Positions 57,377-64,000 of a stretch of DNA of 64,000 bases are shown piece by piece. A program made the position numbers and the translations under genes. This stretch comes from Candidatus Dadabacteria bacterium (GTDB lineage: Bacteria; Desulfobacterota_D; UBA1144; Nemesobacterales; CSP1-2). The stretch spans positions 391,457-455,456 of the forward strand of contig CAWDVW010000007.1 in assembly GCA_963805855.1 (NCBI GenBank). The letters run 5' to 3'. Below the pieces are notes generated by a model. The model did not search any database and was not told the DNA's origin. It saw only the letters and a program-made list of their open reading frames with translations. Every line of letters begins with the position of its first letter. Position 1 is the stretch's first letter.

Positions 57377-58372
57377 TTGGTTGAGGATATGACAGAGATT
57401 ATAGGAATTGATGCAGGTGGTTCAAAAACTACGGTGATCCACGCATCTGTCGCAGACACCATTAAGACAGAATTCCAATTAATAAGAGAATCCGACTTGA
57501 ATTCCTATAATTATAGACAGGATGGAATTACCGCTCTCAATAGTCTTATTAAAGAAATCCTGGGCACTTTTCAGATCGGGGACATAAAGAGTACCCGTCT
57601 GCTCGGTGGATTTGCCGGTGCCGGAACGGACAAATGTCATACAGATATTCAAAGATCATTCGAGAAACACGGCTTTCGTAGAAACCTGACCACTATTACA
57701 AGCGATGCAGGGCTGCTTTTAATGGCAATAGGCAATACCGGCATAGTCTTAACTGCTGGCACAGGCTCGATATGTATAGGTAGAGGAAGGGTTTCCGAGG
57801 ACGGGAGGGAAATAAATGGCCGCGCGGGCGGCTACGGCTTTCGGACGTACTCAGAACCGGGGGGATATCAATTGGGAATGAGAGCGATTGATGCTGCGCT
57901 AAAGATAGAAGATGGGAGAGGACACGAACCTACCGTTTTATATACCAGAATTAAGGATTATTTTGGTGTTAGCCGTCTTGAAGAGATAATTCCATTGCTA
58001 TATCCTCAGTCAGGTAAAAACAGTAATGTTAACAGGCAGATAGCGGGTGTTTCTAAGGTCGTACTTAAAGCCGCTCACGAAGGCGACAGAACAGCAATTC
58101 ATCTCGTTAAAGAGCTGGTTTATAATTTTGCGGGCCATATCCATGCCGTGTACCGCAAACTGGGACTAGAAAGCTCTCTAGTCGGGCTGCATGGTGGGCT
58201 TTTTGCCGACCCACACGGTGAGGAACTCCTCATAAAACCATTGACACGACACCGGCTCTTGCATAAATATGATTTGAAATTTATCACACTGGGAGTCAAA
58301 ACAGGCGATACCGATCCCCTGATAGAGGCCATGAAGCACGTGGTAGTAGTGAACGAACACTTGAAGACATAA
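57377..58372 (+). CDS. BadF/BadG/BcrA/BcrD-type ATPase (N-acetylglucosamine kinase-like, ASKHA fold)
   Basis: N-terminal IGIDAGGSKT phosphate-1 motif and a second glycine-rich motif TAGTGS. 331 aa. Confidence 0.7.
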   Translation: MVEDMTEIIGIDAGGSKTTVIHASVADTIKTEFQLIRESDLNSYNYRQDGITALNSLIKEILGTFQIGDIKSTRLLGGFAGAGTDKCHTDIQRSFEKHGFRRNLTTITSDAGLLLMAIGNTGIVLTAGTGSICIGRGRVSEDGREINGRAGGYGFRTYSEPGGYQLGMRAIDAALKIEDGRGHEPTVLYTRIKDYFGVSRLEEIIPLLYPQSGKNSNVNRQIAGVSKVVLKAAHEGDRTAIHLVKELVYNFAGHIHAVYRKLGLESSLVGLHGGLFADPHGEELLIKPLTRHRLLHKYDLKFITLGVKTGDTDPLIEAMKHVVVVNEHLKT

Positions 58373-58655
58373 ATCTAGGCTAAAATAGAACTCATCGGAG
58401 CAATCTTTTTATTTGACTCTGGCCTCCCTTTAGCAGCTTTCAAGGGATTAAATCTAAGTCAAATAGGATTGAATTCAGTGCTCAAAAAGAAGATAATTTT
58501 AAGGCAATGCTGACTTTTAAAAGTACATCAGCCGAAAAGAATTCTCAAAATAGCTCCATGTTATATCGAATGTCATCCTATATTCATTCCTTAAGATTAA
58601 TGCTTATTTCGGTGTTCTTTGCATCGAATGCCTATGCCCAGTTCTCCCCTAACCC

Positions 58656-59027
58656 ATGAAAAATGAATTCGATGTATTTACAGAAATTTGCAAAGAAACC
58701 TTCGAATTCCTTAAAAATCAATATGGGTTTTGCGAATTAATGGAGGAGCGGGAATCTTATGTCGTTTATCTTACTTATAAGAACAATACAACTGGTGTAA
58801 GAATTAGTTATGAGCCTATCGAAGAAGGGGTTTTTGTCCTACTAGCTCGCTCGGTAAGTGGTGAGGTTCCCAAAGAGCCTATTTTCATTAAATCAGATAT
58901 TGAATTGAACTCATTCTATCTTGATGATCTGGTTAAATTAAGAAAACCGGAAATATTGGTTGAACGTAAACCGAAGATTGAATCATCAGGAGAAGGGCTG
59001 AGACAATACTTAGTTATAATCAGCTAA
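58656..59027 (+). CDS. Hypothetical protein (123 aa, acidic)
   Basis: ORF only. It lies within the AT-rich low-density segment and has no recognisable motif. Confidence 0.35.
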   Translation: MKNEFDVFTEICKETFEFLKNQYGFCELMEERESYVVYLTYKNNTTGVRISYEPIEEGVFVLLARSVSGEVPKEPIFIKSDIELNSFYLDDLVKLRKPEILVERKPKIESSGEGLRQYLVIIS

Positions 59028-59272
59028 GGAAATGTGCTGGAGATGTGCTTTCAGGGAAATTCGACGTCTTTAGAAAATTAGATCGTGTTGTAAAGGACAG
59101 ACATAGAGAATTAAATCAAGCCTGATTGTCAATCAATCGGTGAACCGTACCCAAGAAAAAGGAGAAAAAGATAAGGCTAGGGATCACCCACCAGCCAGTC
59201 CCTGTCAATAGAAATTAAAGAGGATGCAGCCCTTTATTTAGAGATGATTCATTCATTCACGCCTGACCCCCT

Positions 59273-59662
59273 CTAATTCTCCACCTTGAGTTGTTTATCA
59301 AAAGTTATCAATTTAGCCTCTTCATCCCTCACAAACTTCAGAAGCAGCACATCATTGTAATTAAGCTCTCCATTACTCTCAATAACCCCATCTGCTACCT
59401 CAGCATGAATTTCCTGCATGTTTTCGAGCCAGATAACATTTATGTTTGCCTCAAGCTCTTTCAACTTTCCTAGGGCTTCTTTACAGTCGTATTTCCTTTC
59501 CCTACACCTTCTTGCTATAACCGAGTATATTTCTGAAAGATTGGTACTAAGAACATAAACTCTCTCATTCCCGAGATCTTCTATTATTCCTACCGCATTT
59601 TTGTGATGGGCGTCTTTTTTATCAAGAAGAGCCACTATGATGTTTGTATCTAGAACTATCAC
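59273..59662 (-). CDS. PIN-domain ribonuclease (VapC-like toxin)
   Basis: MIVLDTNIIV (first acidic residue), central E, and YNDVLL / FDKQL acidic residues in PIN spacing. The GTG start overlaps the upstream gene's TGA (GTGA). Confidence 0.8.
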   Translation of the reverse strand: MIVLDTNIIVALLDKKDAHHKNAVGIIEDLGNERVYVLSTNLSEIYSVIARRCRERKYDCKEALGKLKELEANINVIWLENMQEIHAEVADGVIESNGELNYNDVLLLKFVRDEEAKLITFDKQLKVEN

Positions 59663-60018
59663 TTATACAGCCTCTGTTCATCCTCTACAGCATCACCCCC
59701 CATTGCCAAAGACCCTGCAAGCTTTAAAAGGCTTTTCGCAGTCCCTATTTCTCTTTCTTCTACAATTTCAACATCGAGTTTCCTGAGTATCCTCACCGCA
59801 TCCTGAGTCGTGAAATCGAGGAGCGTCACATCATAACCCTTTTCCTTAAAGACCTCATAAAGCAAGTTTTTGACCGGGATTCTTTTCCCGTCGATTAAAG
59901 CATAATAAGATTTCCCCCTTCCCGGTATTCTTTTCTTGGCAACCTTTTCAATATCTTTCTTTGAGAGGTAAGCTTCTTTACCCCTCAGTATAAATTTCTT
60001 TGCCGATCTAACTGTCAT
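59659..60018 (-). CDS. Atypical PIN-associated partner protein (putative antitoxin, 119 aa from the ATG at 60018)
   Basis: A GGAGGT SD lies 7 nt upstream of the ATG at 60018 (MTVRSAKKFIL...); the GTG at 60033 in the ORF track has no SD. GKRIPVKNLLYEV...GYDVTLL is loosely reminiscent of DUF433-type PIN partners. The acidic C-terminal tail is AVEDEQRLYK. Confidence 0.5.
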   Translation of the reverse strand: MTVRSAKKFILRGKEAYLSKKDIEKVAKKRIPGRGKSYYALIDGKRIPVKNLLYEVFKEKGYDVTLLDFTTQDAVRILRKLDVEIVEEREIGTAKSLLKLAGSLAMGGDAVEDEQRLYK

Positions 60019-60765
60019 GCACTTTACCTCCACTTACAGTTATCAATAAGTGTATATTTATCTCACAATTAATCAAGAAGGGAAGTTTACTCGTTATTCG
60101 AGATATTTAGGAGAACACTCAAGACTAATTCTCAATTAACGTTAGTTAATCGGTACCTCTTCCGCTTTCAACGTTACCCCTTCTTGTAATTAAAGGGGAC
60201 GCATGTAGATGCTCAGTAATTATGTCCCTCTTTTCCAATAACGAAGAAATCTTAATTTAACAAATAGAGGAGCTGAACTTTTATCTCTAAAAACCATATA
60301 ATAATTTATTTAATCAAATAATTGTGTGTCTAAGTAGTGTGTTATCTTAAATTTGTGATTTTCATTTTTGAATTAAGTGATCTAAGAAACCTTTTTTGAA
60401 CGAATAATGAATCACTTACTAATAAGTCGCAAAAAGTTACCGAATTAGTGAGCTAGTACAACGCATGTACTTTATTTGGAGATAACTCATTTATTCGCGA
60501 CACCATTCAGGAAGGAACAATAATTCGAGGTCTGTACGGCATTGATTATCCAGCCTTTTAGAACAAGGTCGGGAATTTGGTGGGTGGAAGTCGATTGATG
60601 TTCCCCATTTTTCTCCCCCTACCCTTTTCACATATCTTCTATAATACGGTCGGTTCTTGCGTTTTTTGTTGAAATCAATTAATCTAAGACCTTGAAAAAT
60701 AAGGTCTATATATATATATTAAAACTATTTAATAACCTGCAACATCGAAATCAGAGGTTCTTAAC

Positions 60766-61113
60766 ATGCCGATATATGAATATGAATGTACTAAATGTGG
60801 TGAGATAACCGAAGCACTCCAGGGCTTTAATGACAAGCCGCTTAAAAGATGCAAGTCTTGTAAGGGAAAACTGGAAAGAATAGTATCCCTCTCTTCCTTC
60901 CACTTAAAGGGGCACGGGTGGTATTCAACTGATTATGCAAAGAATGCTGGAATCCCCCCCATGGCCGAAGCACAGAATAATCCGGCCATTTCTGACAGCA
61001 CAAACGGGACCAAACCGAGTGGGGATATGGATAAGAAACCGGCTGTCGAGCCAAAACCCGCGAGCTCATCCAGAAGGGTTATCCAGAAAAACGGCGTACA
61101 AAGGTCTGAATAG
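60766..61113 (+). CDS. FmdB-family zinc-ribbon protein
   Basis: MPIYEYECTKCG....CKSCKG double CxxC at the N-terminus, followed by a disordered tail. Confidence 0.8.
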   Translation: MPIYEYECTKCGEITEALQGFNDKPLKRCKSCKGKLERIVSLSSFHLKGHGWYSTDYAKNAGIPPMAEAQNNPAISDSTNGTKPSGDMDKKPAVEPKPASSSRRVIQKNGVQRSE

Positions 61114-61297
61114 TATCTCTAAGACAACCCTGTCTTCTTAGTCGTTTCAGCAGAGTTCCAACATACAAAGTTCCTTAAATCGAACTTATCCAATTAGTCT
61201 TTATGTGTACGCCTATTCTTGATATATTCTTTCCCGGTATCCTTTTTCTTCGTTTTCGACTTATACTTTAATTCAAGCAAGGGGGAAAAATCGAAAA

Positions 61298-62089
61298 ATG
61301 GATCTTGGAATAAAAAATAAGGTCGCAATAGTAGCAGCATCCAGTAAAGGCCTGGGTAAAGGGGTCGCGCTTGGACTCGCCGAGGAAGGCGTGAATTTGA
61401 CGATCTGCGCACGGGGCACAGAGGCATTAAAAGCAACCGCCGAAGAAATAAGGTCCAAAACCGGCGTAGGTGTTTTACCGATCCAGGCCGACGTCTCGAA
61501 TACCGATGACATTAAGCGGGTTGTTTCCGAGACGTTGCGTCATTACTCAAAGCTTCACATACTCGTAAACAATGCAGGGGGGCCTCCCCTCGGATATTTT
61601 GCCGATTTCTCTCTTGAGGATTGGAAGCAAGCCTTAGGACTTAACCTTTTGAGCACTATAACCTTCATCAAGGAATCAATTCCGCACATGAGAGAACAGA
61701 AATGGGGAAGGATCGTAAACATTACTTCAGTAGCTGTTAAACAGCCAATCGACGGGCTAATCCTATCGAATACTTCAAGGGCGGGGGTCATAGGCCTCAC
61801 CAAAACATTATCCAACGAATATGCTAAGGATAACATCTTATTCAACAATGTTTGCCCCGGCAGGATACTTACCGACAGGATCATCCAGCTTGCCGAAGCC
61901 AGAGCCAAGACTGCCAATATGAGCGTTGAAGAAGTGTTATCCTCCATGGAAAAAGACATCCCGATTGGAAGGATTGGAAAACCGAAAGAATTGGCTGACC
62001 TCGTTGTATTCCTCTCTTCAGAAAGGGCGAGTTACATAACCGGAACAACGATACAGGTAGACGGAGGAGCTGTGAAAGGAGTATATTAG
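61298..62089 (+). CDS. SDR-family oxidoreductase (FabG-like)
   Basis: VAASSKGLGKGVA Rossmann variant, NNAG, catalytic Ser in ITSVA, and IQVDGG C-terminus. The Tyr of YxxxK appears replaced (SRAG), unusual for an SDR. Confidence 0.75.
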   Translation: MDLGIKNKVAIVAASSKGLGKGVALGLAEEGVNLTICARGTEALKATAEEIRSKTGVGVLPIQADVSNTDDIKRVVSETLRHYSKLHILVNNAGGPPLGYFADFSLEDWKQALGLNLLSTITFIKESIPHMREQKWGRIVNITSVAVKQPIDGLILSNTSRAGVIGLTKTLSNEYAKDNILFNNVCPGRILTDRIIQLAEARAKTANMSVEEVLSSMEKDIPIGRIGKPKELADLVVFLSSERASYITGTTIQVDGGAVKGVY

Positions 62090-62108
62090 ATCCATGGCTT
62101 AATTCAGG

Positions 62109-62636
62109 ATGAAGGACAATTATGAATTCAAAAAATCATACAACAGATCAATCTTGCTTCTGTCTTTGCTCGCGACGGTCTTTTATGTACTGGTTACTTA
62201 CATTCCAAATATAAGTACTCGTGAAGAAAGACCCCCGATTTCCGAACCTGTTTACGTAGAAATAGCAATGGAGAACGAGTCCTCATATATCGTTGAATTA
62301 GATGGTGATAATCAAGCCAATAAATTTGTCGAATCATACCGACTCCGCAGGCTCCCAAGGAATGGTGATAAGTTGATTATCAGCGGGCAAGATAAAATAA
62401 TGCTCTCCAGGATGAACGGAAGAAAGAGCTTAGCCCTGGGAGTTCCCATCGGAATCAATTCCGCTACCGTCGAGGATCTCGTAATACTGCCGGGAATAGG
62501 ACCGAAGTTGGCTAAAAAAATTATCGAGTATAGAGAATTTAACGGCCGTTTTAAAAATCCGTCTGAGCTGCAGAAAGTAGATGGAATAGGAGAGAAGAAG
62601 TTTAAATCGATAAAGCGGCTTATAAGCCTCGATTAA
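62109..62636 (+). CDS. comEA: ComEA-like DNA-binding protein (SLBB plus helix-hairpin-helix)
   Basis: N-terminal TM anchor. C-terminal INSATVEDLVILPGIGPKLAKKIIEYR...FKNPSELQKVDGIGEKKF tandem HhH motifs. Confidence 0.8.
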   Translation: MKDNYEFKKSYNRSILLLSLLATVFYVLVTYIPNISTREERPPISEPVYVEIAMENESSYIVELDGDNQANKFVESYRLRRLPRNGDKLIISGQDKIMLSRMNGRKSLALGVPIGINSATVEDLVILPGIGPKLAKKIIEYREFNGRFKNPSELQKVDGIGEKKFKSIKRLISLD

Positions 62637-64000
62637 TGACGAAATAAGAAGTCAATATTGACCTCGTCATTATCCTTTTTTTTCGCTTCACTAGCGTTCC
62701 CACTGTAACTACTCTGGATGTAGTCATTATTCGAATCTGCAACATCAGTAACTGTCTCACGAATTATCGAATCCGACGTGTATGGAATATTACCATAGGG
62801 CGTATTGGCAATTCGTATTCCATTCGGGACTTCAAATTCGCCACCGGGAATTTTGTTCAAAACTGTCTGCATAAAATCCTTCCATATAGGAAGAGCAGCC
62901 CTCGAGCCAGCCTCACCCTTCCCTAACGAAGTGTGGTTATCCTTACCCACCCAGACACCGGCTGTAATGCGGGGACTAAATCCGATAAACCATGCATCCG
63001 TAAACTCGTTCGTAGTACCTGTTTTCCCGGCGACGGGCGCAATAGAGTTGAGATCACTTGCCCTTCGTCCGGTGCCTTCGTTAATAACTGCTTCCAGTAA
63101 ATCAGTGACGATAAATGCTGTTTCGGGGCTTATAACCTGGTTTTCGGGATTTGAACTTGATAGGCTAATTGATTTTGATCTCAACCCTCTGAGAAAATCT
63201 TGAGGCGATGAATATGTCAACGCTTCATCTCTATAATTGAAGTCTTTATTCGCGACATCTTCCTCCTTCAGGTAATCCTCATCGTCGTCGGATCTGCTCC
63301 TAAATGTACTGCCAATGCTCTTAGCAATCTTCTCTAAAATTTTTATGCGTTTTTTTCCCCTATCTTCCCTATCTTCCCTTGCAATCTCGTCATTGGACCG
63401 TAACTTGCCCGAAACGTTATCCTCTATCATCGTCCCATTCCGATCATATACACGAAGTATTAATCGAGGCTCTACAAGCTTACCGCCGGACGCGAACACA
63501 TTATAAGCATTTACTAATTCTAATAAAGTTACGTCTGAACCTCCGAGTGCAAGGGACGGGTACGGGTATAGATGAGATTTAAATCCAAATCTCTTTGCAT
63601 ATTCTACCACTCGTCTGGCACTTATATCTAAAAGTATCCTCACGGTTGCCATATTCCTCGATCTAGCAAGGGCATTCCGTAGAATCATCGGCCCCAAATA
63701 CTCTCCATCATAGTTCTTAGGAGCCCAGTCCTTGATTGCCACAGGCATGTCATATACGACGGATGTTTCAGTGTACCCTTTAGCAATCGCTGCAGCATAA
63801 ACAAACGGTTTAAATGCAGATCCAGGCTGCCTTAGTGCTTGCGTAACCCTGTTAAATTGAGAATCTAGAAAATCGTAACCGCCCACCAACGCCGTTACAT
63901 TACCGGAGACATCCATGGCCATTAAGGCCCCCTGGACCTTAGGCTTCGCGTCCAATGAAACCCGATAGACCCCATTTTCGCTATCATTAACCTTTACTTT
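62633..64000 (-). CDS. mrcA: Penicillin-binding protein 1A, C-terminal transpeptidase portion, 5'-truncated by the window edge
   Basis: The frame stays open upstream of the annotated Met to nt 64000. Transpeptidase motifs are present (...RQPGSAFKPFVY, the SxxK context and KTGTTN). Confidence 0.85.
   Translation of the reverse strand, partial: KVKVNDSENGVYRVSLDAKPKVQGALMAMDVSGNVTALVGGYDFLDSQFNRVTQALRQPGSAFKPFVYAAAIAKGYTETSVVYDMPVAIKDWAPKNYDGEYLGPMILRNALARSRNMATVRILLDISARRVVEYAKRFGFKSHLYPYPSLALGGSDVTLLELVNAYNVFASGGKLVEPRLILRVYDRNGTMIEDNVSGKLRSNDEIAREDREDRGKKRIKILEKIAKSIGSTFRSRSDDDEDYLKEEDVANKDFNYRDEALTYSSPQDFLRGLRSKSISLSSSNPENQVISPETAFIVTDLLEAVINEGTGRRASDLNSIAPVAGKTGTTNEFTDAWFIGFSPRITAGVWVGKDNHTSLGKGEAGSRAALPIWKDFMQTVLNKIPGGEFEVPNGIRIANTPYGNIPYTSDSIIRETVTDVADSNNDYIQSSYSGNASEAKKKDNDEVNIDFLFRH

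Overview
This is a 64 kb chromosomal window from an unidentified, moderately AT-rich bacterium. Gram-negative-type traits are present (lipoproteins with lipobox, a DsbA-like oxidoreductase, FetAB, ComEA, PBP1A). Coding density is high and dominated by housekeeping metabolism: a 5'-truncated glyoxalase II, B12-dependent methionine synthase, HemB, PurK-PurE, single-chain pyruvate carboxylase, PepA, SppA, IlvE, PhaR, Der, CbiX, the pyruvate dehydrogenase complex (aceE-aceF-lpd plus a second divergent lpd-lipB), IleS, lutABC, and a 5'-truncated PBP1A at the window end. Accessory content includes an overlapping type III polyketide synthase and ICMT-family membrane methyltransferase pair (bpsA/bpsB-like), an M64-family (IgA-peptidase-like) metalloprotease next to a lipoprotein, a PQQ-type sugar dehydrogenase, two tandem alpha/beta-hydrolase paralogs (one lacking the nucleophilic serine), three SDRs, three HAD hydrolases, and a PIN-domain toxin with an atypical upstream partner inside an AT-rich, low-density 4.5 kb segment. 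The most unusual signal is non-coding. Nearly every long intergenic gap (543-641, 7473-8026, 13264-13675, 29452-30269, 31781-32757, 51361-51969) carries copies of a modular repeat system. This system comprises a perfect 28-bp palindrome (GTAGGGAACGCA-N4-TGCGTTCCCTAC), a ~65-bp element (TGTCATTGCGAGAAA...CGAAGCAATCTCC...CATTGGCAGAGCG) in six or more copies including a three-copy cluster, a second module (TCCTTCGAC...GCTCAGGACAG) found nested inside the palindrome loop, and a ~220-310 bp mosaic unit present twice. No rRNA, tRNA or CRISPR arrays were detected. All functional calls rest on recognisable motifs in the supplied translations; no database search was run.
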